A DNA stretch of 24,760 bases. Source: a virus (taxonomy: Duplodnaviria; Caudoviricetes). Below, piece after piece: positions 1 through 10,009 of the stretch; within the stretch, counting starts at the first letter, position 1, and every line of letters begins with the position of its first letter. The translations under genes and the position numbers were made by a program. The notes under the pieces were generated by a model. It was not told where the DNA came from and did not search any database. It was given only the letters and a program-made list of their open reading frames with translations. Where the stretch lies: positions 1-24,760 of IMG/VR virus record IMGVR_UViG_3300005077_000101, one strand, 5' to 3'.

Positions 1-1789
1 CCTTAAATCCTGTTGATATAGCGATTCATGCAGCTTTCATTAAATTAAGATTTGTAATCAATCCACCAGTCAATCTAATAATGCCTCCAAGAACAATTGT
101 TCCAACTGGCCCCAATTCCATAACAAGATTGATGATTCCTCCAAGTATCTTAAATATTGTTTCAAATTTTCCAATTCATTTTCCAACAGCTTCAATAAAT
201 TTATTTGGATCTAGATTTAGAATCATGTTCACCAATGCATTTCCAAATTTTATCAATCCATTGATGATTGGAGTCAAATCCAATCCTGCAATTTTTGAAG
301 TTATCTTTTCCAACACACCGCTTCTAATGAATCATTCATACAATGCGAATCCAACATCCGCAACTCTATCACCAATTGTCTTAAATAAATTTGAAAACTT
401 TTCTATTAAAGATCCCTGTCCTAACAATGGCATGTTCAACCCTCTAGATACTGAGGCAAATCTTTCTAAGAATGGCATGAACAATTGCGATAGCAATCTC
501 ACCCTTTCTTTTTCCAATGTCAATGTTAATTCTTCTGCTGATTGAATTTCTCTGTTCTTTCCAAAGATAAAATCTAAGTCCTTAGCTCAAGCTTTTCACA
601 AATTTGTTCTGATCAAAATAAACAGAGTGCTTCAATTTGCCAATCTATCGTACATTGCATTCAACAACTTTGTTTGAGATCCTAAAGCATCAACCATTTG
701 CATTTGTGGATCAACAGCTTCTTGTGCAATATCTCTTTCTTGTCCAAGAAGCATGATCTTTGCCTTTGCAATGTCACCTCCCGCAATGGCATCCGCTACA
801 ATTCTTTGTTGTGCATATACCAGATGATCGAATTGAATTCCTTGTTGCTTCAAGGCTGAAACAATTGTTTGAACATTTTCAACATGCTTGTTTGTTTGTG
901 CGTTGTATTGCAACTGCCTTGCATTCAATTGAATTCCAAATGCCAACTGGAACTTTCTTGCAGTTTCAATTGCATCTTCTGCCTTGGCTAACTTAAGAGA
1001 TGTTTGATAGATATCATCTATTTCAACATTTCATTCGTGAGCCTGAATGGCTATTTTTGAAAGATAATCAAGATTCTTTTGTGTGTACAGCAATGTGGCA
1101 AAGTTGCTTGATGTTATCTTTGTCAAAATCTTGCTGCTAAGAACTTGATCTCCATAAGTATCTTTTATGATCTTGTTCAATCTTGCTTGATATGCAACGG
1201 ATTCCTTGATACCGATTCCAGCCCTAGCCATCAAACCTACCATTTTTGCAGAATCTTCATTGGTAATTCCCATAGCCTTGTTTTGCTTGTGCCAAGTTAA
1301 AAGAAGATTATGAGAAAGCTGTCCCATTTGGTCTGTGGAATTGGCTGCAAACTCCACAGCGAGCCTCACACCCTCTGCGTATCCTCCCCACTTGTTTCAT
1401 TCCAAAACAGTGTCATGCGTGATTTGATGCGTATCTGCCATCATGCTGTAGATGCGTTCGCTACCCTTGGCAACCTCTGCTATATTCTTGTAAATTCCAA
1501 TCAAGGTTTGTTCTCAAGAAACCTGTTCGGTTGCCAAACTCTTTGTGATTGAGCCTATCTCTCTAAGAATATTGGAAAACTTTGTCAAGTTCGACAAATC
1601 AACATCGGCAAGTTGTTGAACGACCCCTCTGACACCTTCGATTGGTTCTGCAATCTCTTGCATGGAAAATCTTCCAAGTTGTCTGAACAGACTTGCAAAA
1701 TCATTCTTCATGCTGGAGACGGATCTTCCAACTGACGTAGCTACATTTTCTCATGCTCTTTGCTCATCTTTTGGTGTCAGCTTTGCCAT
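1..1789 (-). CDS. Tape measure protein, 3' end runs off the window (code 4)
   Basis: ATG at 1789 (MAKLTPKDEQRAWENV...). Track ORFs 1514-1711, 1031-1369, 632-946 and 332-523 are one frame separated only by TGA, and it stays open to base 1. Helical Ala/Gln/Ile/Leu-rich composition; lies directly after the tube and chaperone genes. Confidence 0.8.
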
Positions 1790-1793
1790 ATTT

Positions 1794-1979
1794 TTACTTT
1801 ACCATGTTTTGTTTTTCTTTATTCTCTTTTATGATGTCATCGAATAGAAGTTCTAAATAGTATCTTCTAACGGGTACGGGCAGATTAATAACATCAATAA
1901 AAGATAAAGATAGATGCTTGATCAAATAATAATATGATCTAAGCAGTTGCTCTTTCGTTTCTTTGTCTGCCCCTAGGCC
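1794..1979 (-). CDS. Start-less 61-codon ORF, gp51-like tail/hub chaperone extension, probably made by frameshift
   Basis: The +1 frame after the U7 run reads GLGADKETKEQLLRSYYYLIKHLSLSFIDVINLPVPVRRYYLELLFDDIIKENKEKQNMVK-TAA. It resembles the small gp51-like proteins that follow gp26-like genes in T4-like phages and fills the gap to the tape measure start. No usable ATG/GTG start or SD. Confidence 0.65.
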   Translation of the reverse strand, partial: GLGADKETKEQLLRSYYYLIKHLSLSFIDVINLPVPVRRYYLELLFDDIIKENKEKQNMVK

Positions 1980-2790
1980 AAAAAAATTCGGCAGTAATTG
2001 GAACGGATATATTATTTACAGAACCACAATTTGAACATTCATGATTATAATTCATATCAAAATCTGGTCTTATATCATTCATGTAGTTTGTGAATTCCTG
2101 TATGATTGTAACGGGTAAATATTTCTTAATAATCTGTTGAATTTCAAGCTTGTCGGTAACTACTGTGCCTTTTGGATTTCTGATCGATGTAATGATTTGA
2201 GTTAGAATGTCCGTAACAGTTGCTTCTGGATTGTCAAGCTTTTGAGCCTTTCTTTTTCTTTCAATTTCTTGAATGGATTTGCTATCCTTTGCTGTCATTA
2301 ACCTGAAGTTAATCTTGAACCCGTCCGCTGATTCTCATTCAAAATTATTTTGTCCAAGTATTACTGGATCTTCACTTAATTCTTTATTTGTGAACTCTGT
2401 TAATGAAATTTCGACATTATCTTTATGACCACACTCTGGACATGTTATCTGTACATTGTAGTCGCTTCCATACGAAATTGATCTCAAAGCAACAAACAAA
2501 GCATTCATGTCTCCAAAAAGCAATTCTTCTTGAGTCAATCCATTTCAATTCGTTACGCAATTTGCCAAGATCATATCGAAAGCCTTTCCGCTTCTAACCA
2601 ATCTCTGATTGGTCAAAATATCTTCCTCAATACCTCTCATTGGCCTAATTGTTATTGCATCAACCTGAGAAGGATATGTTTTCCCTCCTGATGGTAGTGG
2701 AACTTCAGATTCCATGAAGGTCATGAAGTCCTGCAACTTATTTTCTCTTTCTTCTGCAAATGCCTTTGCAATTTTTCTTTCTTCTGCCAT
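1939..2790 (-). CDS. Tail/baseplate-hub assembly chaperone, T4 gp26-like, 283 aa (code 4)
   Basis: ATG 2790 with GGAGG SD at 2796-2800. Three track ORFs are joined across TGA at 2545 and 2335. Motifs VPLPSGG, RPMRGIEEDILT, LLFGDMNALFVALRSISYG, two CxxC (CPECG, CSNCG) and C-terminal FFWP. Ends in TAG. Confidence 0.8.
1980..1986 (-). other. Putative slippery site (GAA UUU UUU UGG)
   Basis: Run of seven U at the FFWP motif near the chaperone end; a +1 (or -2) shift enters the 1794-1979 frame. Confidence 0.55.
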
Positions 2791-2841
2791 ATTATCCTCC
2801 AATATGTTTATAATATATAATGCTCGATGTGGTAATTTCAT

Positions 2842-2869
2842 AAAAAAAGCGGACGATTAAGCCCGCTTT
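2842..2869 (-). terminator. Intrinsic terminator after tail tube gene
   Basis: Minus strand AAAGCGGGC-UUAAUC-GUCCGCUUU followed by further U; stem has one G-U pair. Confidence 0.75.
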
Positions 2870-2893
2870 AATTATATATTTGTTAAATATTGC

Positions 2894-3442
2894 TTATGGT
2901 TGAAGAGTTACTTGATCCCCCTTTGTAACTTTCACAGGAGCAAGTTCTGCTCTATCATATCTCCAAGTAACATTCAATGTACGCTCTCCATCTTCCTTGT
3001 AGTCCAAATCATCACCCCAATCAACTTTAAATGGAAATGCACCTCTTAAAGTTCATTTTTCTAGAATTTCGTTTGCCGGACTCATCAAGTAGATATCAAC
3101 GGATCTCTTTAATAGATTTCCATAACCTTGTTTTCCTGTCTCTGGATTCAACATGTTTGACTTTCACCAATCATATATTACCTGAGCTGTACTGTCTCCA
3201 ACAAAGTCTCTCAATGACATTTCAATCTCATCTCAAGACCACTTGCCGGGAAAGTAGTATTTAAGGTTTACATAATCTACTTCTATTACATTGAATGAAC
3301 CAGAAGGCAATCCAGATGATTTTAACATAGCAGTTTTAATGCCATCAATTCCGGCAAACTCAACATACCAGTTATTCTTTCTCTTAGGTTGATAGATGCC
3401 ATCTGTTCCTGACATGAAATCGTCTCATACTAAATTTGGCAT
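2894..3442 (-). CDS. gp19: Tail tube protein, T4 gp19-like, 182 aa (code 4)
   Basis: ATG 3442 with AGGAG SD. Reads YQPKRKNNWYVEF...YFPGKWSWDEIEMSLRD...AQVIYDWW...EKWTLRGAFP...WRYDRAEL. TGA occupies the conserved W of the 'EKW.L.GAFP' motif. Follows the sheath gene. Confidence 0.92.
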
Positions 3443-3465
3443 TATTTATTTTCTCCTACTATTTA

Positions 3466-5898
3466 TTAAATTCCGCTGAATGTTGCACCTTGAGATGTAA
3501 TTATAAAGTCGAAATAAATCTTTTCAATTGCCTTTGTTGGCTTAATGTAAATCTTTCCATACATTTCATTTCTGTCAATTACATCTGGAGTGTTTGTTGT
3601 TTCATCAATCACAACTCCAAACTCCTGAATACCATTCTTTGTTTTTATATCAGCTAAAATATCATTGATTTGTCTTGAAATTCTTGCTCAAACTTCTGGA
3701 GAACTTCCTTCGAATAGATACTTCCTTCCAAGCTTTGCAATCAATCTCTTCGCATAAATCAACAATCTTCTAACATTGATTCTATCCAATGCAGTTTCTT
3801 CTTTTTGCAATGTCTTTTGTCCCCAAAGAATAGCTTCGTAATCTTTGAATGTTGCAATTGGATTGATTCTTGCATCATATAAAGTATCTCTTTGTTCTTG
3901 AGTTAGATGATACTTCAGTTGAGTAACATTTCTTCCAACTCCTCTAGCTTCACCAGCAACGGCTCATCATGGATAACCGATCTTGTCATTGTAAGCATAT
4001 CTTTCAATAGCCAATACTGAAGGTGGTAATCATACATATTCACCATTCTGAGAGTCTCAAGTCTTATGTCATGGTCAGTATGTTCCAGCATAATTTGTAT
4101 CATACGAATCCATGCTTGAAGAATCTGGACTTGCCGGATTATCTGCCGTTACTGCAAATAAGTCTGCAATGTAAAAAGCATCTCCTCTTTCTTCACAACA
4201 ATCAATTGCTTTTTCGATTACATATGCTTGAGCGGTATCGTTAGCAACAGTTCCCGGCACAAGTAATGTATTAAATTCATAAAGATCTGCATTTGAAAGC
4301 AATTCAAGCGCAGATCCAAATTCTGCACTTAATGATGTCAACAATGTATCATTTGTCTCTGATCTTGCATAACCATCATGACCACCGAAGAATGGAACTG
4401 TAAACTTAAAGTTCAATCCTCCAATATAAAGACCTGATGCATTAAACACAGCATTCATTGCAGTTTCTGAAGCAAAAATTGGAATAATATGATATGATGC
4501 TGACAATGGAGTATTGACAGCGCCAGTTACTCCTATTTTTTCATTTGTAATAGAAGTATCATAAAGAAGCATACCTTTTACTGTAGCAGAATCATTGATG
4601 TAAGGTTGAGTTACACAGTCATATCCAATTCCTTTTTCATAACCAAAAAATATATTCTTATTATATTTTGACTTTCCAGAAGCCTGATTTACTTTTAGGT
4701 TTCTGTGTGGGAATACAGTTAATGTATCTCCGACTTTATTAATACTTTCCAAAGGTTGGAATCCGCTTGGTCTACTATATTGACTCATTCCATCTGCTAT
4801 CTCAACTCTAATATATTTAGAGTTATTTGGTCAATTTCCACTATTATTGATTGTATTTGTAGTTGAATTGAATTCTCTATAAGAATCTCCAATCTTTCTA
4901 GCAATATATCCAACAGTTCCTTTAATAAGATTACAATTTGAAAATCTTTCTAAAACAATCATCTTGCTCTTGTCTTCATCGTTAACAGCTCTTACCAAAA
5001 CATCAAATTGTCAATATGTATTTCCAAGAGCATCAGTTTTGCTTGTAATATTATCAATACTAACCTTACATTGCGTATTTGCAAAATATCCAGCTTGAAG
5101 TGTATGGAATCTAAATAGATTGCTTACTTGTTGATTAATGTTGGTTTCGCTTATAATTCAAGGAGTTGTGGCTACTGAATATGTACCATTATTTTCTGTT
5201 GTGCTTGATAATGAATTAATTGTTGTTTCTGCAAAGGCGGTATATGATATATCTGCAAGAGCCAATGTTGCATCTCCATATGCAACAGACTGTGCATCAT
5301 ATAGAATATCCAAATATAATCCAGAACAAGCTGGCGATGATGGAGTAATGTGCGGGTCTGTTGTGAAATATCTTTCAATTGTTGATGGAGTTATAGCATA
5401 AGCTGAACCATCAACTGTAATGGTTCACTCTACAGTATTATTAGAAACAACAGCAGATGCAGAAACATTAGATACTGATGCCCCTCTTCTTTTTCTCAAA
5501 ACAGCAAATGGAATTGCTGTTGCGGCCACCTGAGCGGTAACGGCAGATGTAGCTATCGATGCTGCCTTGATATCAACTCATGAAGCCGAAGCTGGAATGA
5601 TTCAAGCTTCATCTTTTGTTGTAATATCTGCATTATATCCACCAACTCTTATTACCATAAGATTTGATCCATAGGTCAAATAATTCTTTGCTGCATATGG
5701 CATATAATGGTTCTTGTTCAATCCACCAAACAAAGGAACATATTCATTGTCGTAACTATTAATTATTATAGGTTCGAACATTGGCCCATTTTGAGCAGTT
5801 CCAACAATTGCTGGCCCTACTAATGCTGTAGCTTGAGGAACTTGAGAAAGATCAATCTCTCTAAGGGATACTCCCGGTGAAATTAGGTTCCTTGCCAT
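3466..5898 (-). CDS. gp18: Tail sheath protein, T4 gp18-like, 810 aa (code 4)
   Basis: N-terminal SPGVSLREIDLS...GPMFEP. C-terminal ERGDAFYIAD...YAGTYWPW...VWLPPS...YPWWAVAGEARG...RINPIATF...WGQKTLQ...ALDRINVRRLLI. One frame, closed by TAA at 3466. Confidence 0.95.
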
Positions 5899-5919
5899 AT
5901 ATTTATTATCTCCTTATCA

Positions 5920-6579
5920 TTATTTTAATTCTTGTCCAATTGATAGAGTGCTTATTCCTCTAATAACTTTTTGTGAACTTAATGCCAAAAAATATCCTTC
6001 TCCGCTCAAATTCGCACTTAGCTTTATTTCTCTTTTTGTATCGGCAGCTTCGGCAAAATTATCTGTTTGAGAAAAATTTTCATTGAACATTCAAATAACA
6101 TTAAAAATTTGAGATGCAAATCTTTCCGATTGTATAGGAATATAGTTTTGACTAACTCTTTCTAAAAATTGAGTTTCAAATTCTGATGCATGTTCTGCAT
6201 ATTCACAAAAAAACAGCAATCTATATTCGCAATTAAAGAAAACGGGTGATTTGTAACGATATATTTCAAGATTTACATTATTCTCTCTAGTATTTATATA
6301 TTTATCTTTTACAAAACGCTTTAAAGTAATCATAGTTCCATCTGTATGAGGTACATTTCTTTCTTTTAACAATTCAAATCCCTTAGTGTCTGGCCCTCTA
6401 GCAATAATAAGCACAGGATAGGTTATATCCTGTACATCGGATAAAATTTCTGATATACTTCTTGTATCGGGAGATCCTATAAAAAATTTTGTTTTTAAAG
6501 GTTTTCCATTTATTTCAAAAGGATGCTCATCCTTGAAATAATTTAATACAAATTTGTCTAATTCTTTTATTCAGTTCAT
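5920..6579 (-). CDS. Tail completion / sheath stabiliser, gp15-like, 219 aa (code 4)
   Basis: ATG overlaps the upstream TAA (TAATG); TGA at codon 3 and at 6091; ITYPVLIIAR motif. Lies between neck and sheath genes, so the call rests mainly on synteny. Confidence 0.6.
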
Positions 6580-7013
6580 TATTTTAGTGCCGCAAAATAT
6601 CTATTATACACTTGCCATTCGGGATTTCCCCAAACTTGAATTTCATCACCTTCCTGATGCAAGATTTGATAAAGATGATCATCCCACCTAAAGAATTGTC
6701 CAAGTCCAATATCTAGTCCATTTTCAACTTCGTAATCTTTGTGAACCATTACCGTAATTGTTCTCTTATATCTCAAACCATATTCAGCAATCGCACTTTC
6801 TCTTTTGTGATGAATGACGAATGCTTTAATGATAATTGGTTCATTAAATTGAATATCTTCCTTTGGAATTTCATTGTAAATATTATCATATTCATCAATA
6901 GATTTTGATAAATTCTTAACAGATAAATATTCTATATCTTGAAGACGATAGTTTCCCATCAATTCTTCTTGAATTGATTTGAAAAATGCTATATCTTTTT
7001 GTGATACGAACAT
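6579..7013 (-). CDS. Neck / head-closure protein, gp14-like, 144 aa
   Basis: DNIYNE...FNEPIIIKAFV...YGL...IGLGQFFRWDDHLYQI pattern and position. No TGA; all three Trp are TGG. Confidence 0.65.
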   Translation of the reverse strand: MFVSQKDIAFFKSIQEELMGNYRLQDIEYLSVKNLSKSIDEYDNIYNEIPKEDIQFNEPIIIKAFVIHHKRESAIAEYGLRYKRTITVMVHKDYEVENGLDIGLGQFFRWDDHLYQILHQEGDEIQVWGNPEWQVYNRYFAALK

Positions 7014-7357
7014 TATTTATTCCTCAATAATATATCCAACTTTTGATTTAATTCATCGAACTCATCATTGTCTTCGATATCTTTTCCCAAATCTTGCAAG
7101 GTAAGTCTGGCATCAAGTTTTGACATTCCACCAATCTCAGCAGCAGCGATAGCAGACATATCTTCTGTCATGTCTGCATTTAACATATCTTTATACACAT
7201 CTCCTTCTTCTGGAGTGAATGTATTGGTATCCGTGTCGGCTCTAGGTTCATTACCACCTCCAGCAGTTGCCGCCTTTTTTGGTGGTGGAACACTATCGCT
7301 TCCCATGAATTCCTTTATTAATCTTCTCACTTCTGCTTCGATGTTGGATTGTTTCAT
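7013..7357 (-). CDS. Hypothetical acidic protein, 114 aa, possible head-internal protein
   Basis: TAATG overlaps at both ends; N-terminal IEAEVRRLIKE helix. Confidence 0.75.
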   Translation of the reverse strand: MKQSNIEAEVRRLIKEFMGSDSVPPPKKAATAGGGNEPRADTDTNTFTPEEGDVYKDMLNADMTEDMSAIAAAEIGGMSKLDARLTLQDLGKDIEDNDEFDELNQKLDILLRNK

Positions 7358-7908
7358 TAGATTAATCTTTCATAATCATCTTTATGATTATTTTCAGAAA
7401 TAATCTTGCCAACCTTTTCCTTGTATACACCTTCTAGAATCTTATTATATTTTTCTGGAATCTTGACACCAAAAACATTTTCAACTATTCAAATTGTCTT
7501 TTTGAAATTTGGAAATTCTAGAGAATCGTCTGCTTCAAAAGCTTCTTCCAAAACGCATTCTACATAATTTCTAGCTTCTTCTAGATTGACTTCTTCCTCT
7601 TGAACATCTTCAACCGGCGTTGTGTCTTCTTCAACATCTTCAACAGAACCGGGAGAGACCGCACCATCTGCTGTTGTTGTTGTTTCCTTTAGTTGACTTG
7701 CAATCAAAGCTTCCATCAATTCTTCATCTGACAGATCCTTATACTTTGACTTACCTTGCTTCTTAGCATGATCCTTTGGATTTTCCTTCATTTTCTTTCC
7801 TTCCTTGTCAGAAGGGCAACAGTCCTTCTTTGTCTTTCCACTCAACTTCTCATCAAGAATCTGAGAGATCATCGCACGAAGTTCTGTTTCTGTTAATTTC
7901 TTTGCCAT
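7357..7908 (-). CDS. Hypothetical protein, 183 aa, possible head-internal protein (code 4)
   Basis: AGGAG SD. Read-through of TGA at 7489 ends at TAA 7357, overlapping the next ATG. Contains KLTETELRAMI and LKETTTT motifs. Confidence 0.75.
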
Positions 7909-7933
7909 TCTAATATCTCCTTAGATTTTAGTG

Positions 7934-9076
7934 TTATCTTATGTACATACACAATGGCTCATAAGCCAATGCTTTGTTTACAAATTCTGCCGAGTTGGCA
8001 TCTCTTTCTAATATTTTTGTATGATTTAGAAGTATATCCAAATCATTTTCAAGCTCTTCCCTTAATGCAGATTTTTCTTCTCTTGCTTGCGAATCAAACA
8101 TTTCATAATTTAATTCAACCGTATTATTTTCAGAAGCAAACGGTATTGACTTATATTTTCCTCTATTGAATGCAAGTATTTCCTTACAAAGAGCCAAAGC
8201 ATATAATCTAATTCATCTCTTTGCTATGCTATTAAGATTGTCTCATGCTATTGGATTTGTTTTAATTTGAGTGAAGTTTCCAATGATATCATTGTCTGCT
8301 GTTGAAGAACTACCATCTCCTGCTGTTGTCGAATCTTGTATGTCTGGATGTGGTTGATATTTATATCTAATATACAATGTTCCTGCTGCCGCTGGTGCTG
8401 GTCATATAGTTAAAACATTACCAGAATGCTCTCATGAATACATACTTAATCTTAATTTATTATTAAACTTAGTATGCTGCATCATCATCACATTCGCATT
8501 TACTGGAAGCATGGCAAACATGGTATTGTACAATGCAGATTGAACACCAAACTCTCCAGCCATAATGTTATAATAAGATCATGTATCCATATATCTCATT
8601 TGAGTAACATAATCGTTTTGATAAACTTCTTGAATTCTAATACCTCTCGTCCAATCAATCGCATTGTCATCTATATCTGTCATCGTGTTTGGAAGATAAT
8701 ATCTTTGAGTTTGAGCAGTAATTGCTATCTTACCCATTCAATCTCTCTCTCTTCCACCAATTCCTGCTTGATCACCATATGACAACGCAATTTGATTTAA
8801 ATATGAGAAGCTAAAATTAGGAACAGATCCTAAAATATCCTTGTTCTGACTTTGGGCATAGAAATGACTCATCATATTCTTTGCTTGAGCTTTTGCAATA
8901 GATGCAGAAAATTCCATATCTGACTCAGAAAGAGCAAATCATAGTTGTTCATCGGTCAATTCAACGGTAGATTTTTCATGCCCTCCCAATCTAGCTTTTG
9001 CTCATAGTTGAAATTCAGCAAATTCTGCCGTCAATGACGATGGAACTATGTCTGAAAATATATTTCTAAATGCCAT
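7934..9076 (-). CDS. gp13: Neck protein, T4 gp13-like, 380 aa (code 4)
   Basis: WAKARLGG...VELTDEQLW at the N-terminus and KRWIRLYALALCKEILAFNRGKY...EEKSAL near the C-terminus. Mostly absent from the track because of TGAs. Confidence 0.85.
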
Positions 9077-9078
9077 AG

Positions 9079-9282
9079 TTAATTTTCCATATTTTCGTAT
9101 TCATCTATCATCATTTCAAACAATTGATCGACATCTGAAATATTGTTCTTAGACTTTACTGGATGTCTTATTCCTTCTGGAGTATTGTTTGTTTGAGTTT
9201 CGTAAGGATTAATTGGAACATACTGATTGTACATGTTATCGGTTGGCATTCTGCCTATAATTTCTTCTTTTATTTTTTTCAT
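9079..9282 (-). CDS. Hypothetical protein, 67 aa
   Basis: GAGG SD and putative promoter upstream; stop lies 2 nt before the neck gene ATG. Confidence 0.65.
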   Translation of the reverse strand: MKKIKEEIIGRMPTDNMYNQYVPINPYETQTNNTPEGIRHPVKSKNNISDVDQLFEMMIDEYENMEN

Positions 9283-9299
9283 ATACTATTCCTCATATA

Positions 9300-9309
9300 T
9301 GATTATATA
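9300..9309 (-). promoter_or_regulatory. Putative late promoter (TATATAATCA)
   Basis: Variant of the repeated motif; 17 nt upstream of ATG 9282 and just downstream of a terminator. Confidence 0.45.
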
Positions 9310-9329
9310 GACAAAAATAAACTTTGTAT

Positions 9330-9357
9330 AAAATAAAGGGAGGCATTTCTGCCTCCC
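9330..9357 (-). terminator. Intrinsic terminator
   Basis: GGGAGGCA-GAAA-UGCCUCCC followed by UUUAUUUU on the minus strand. Confidence 0.85.
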
Positions 9358-9380
9358 AATATAATCGTTTTAAATTTTAT

Positions 9381-9926
9381 TTATCATCCAAAGTAAACCA
9401 TTCCAGTAGATCCAGCCAGTGTGCCTATTGGTTGATTGAATGCATCAAAAACAGCTCTCGCACTTATATTCACATGTGGTTGATTTTGGAACCACATAGG
9501 TTGAGATCTACTTCTCAATCCATCAACATCTCCGACAGTAATTCCAGTACAAGATCCTCATGTTGCAACCATGAATAATCCACCAGAAATTCCATTGTAA
9601 TATATATGTAAATGTGAAGGAATTATTCCAAAATATGAAGCTATTGCTCCAGCATCTACAACAGCAGACATAGATCCAGTTGCTGAATGAGCTATGTCAT
9701 ATGCAGAAGCCAACAATCCTCCTTGTGCTGTGATTGCAGAATAAGTTTCTGGATGAGTTGTATCGTGAGCAACAGGAATTAATCAAGTAAATGGTGGATT
9801 TTGTACCGGATGCGCCGATGCAGGCAATCTATAAATTGTATCAGATGTTAAAGATCCACCAATAGGAATGATAAATTCTGGTCTTTCTGGTGTTCCTTCT
9901 ATGACTGATACTGTTCTTAGTGCCAT
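9381..9926 (-). CDS. Hypothetical virion protein, 181 aa, possible capsid decoration protein (code 4)
   Basis: ATG 9926 with AGGAG SD. MALRTVSVIEGTPERPEFIIPIGG...GSTGMVYFGW-TAA. Ala/Gly/Ser/Thr-rich, three TGA. Not in the supplied track; directly follows the major capsid gene. Confidence 0.75.
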
Positions 9927-9946
9927 GTTATATTGTCTCCTTTTAT

Positions 9947-9956
9947 TATTTATATA
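9947..9956 (-). promoter_or_regulatory. Putative late promoter (TATATAAATA)
   Basis: Contains the T4 late-promoter consensus TATAAATA; 20 nt upstream of ATG 9926. Confidence 0.55.
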
Positions 9957-9965
9957 GAAAGAAAT

Positions 9966-9996
9966 AAAAAAAAAGGCAGTCCGAAGACTGCCTTTT
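9966..9996 (-). terminator. Intrinsic terminator after major capsid gene
   Basis: AAAAGGCAGUC-UUCG-GACUGCC followed by U9; C(UUCG)G tetraloop. Confidence 0.92.
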
Positions 9997-10009
9997 AATT
10001 AGCTATTTA

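Noticed and set aside
2791-2841. Upstream ATG 2841 for the chaperone gene
   Set aside because: It abuts the terminator U-tract, whereas ATG 2790 has a GGAGG SD.
3960-4080. TGA as Gly (code 25) or selenocysteine
   Set aside because: The sheath motifs YWPW, WxPPS and PW require Trp, as do the tube and protease motifs.
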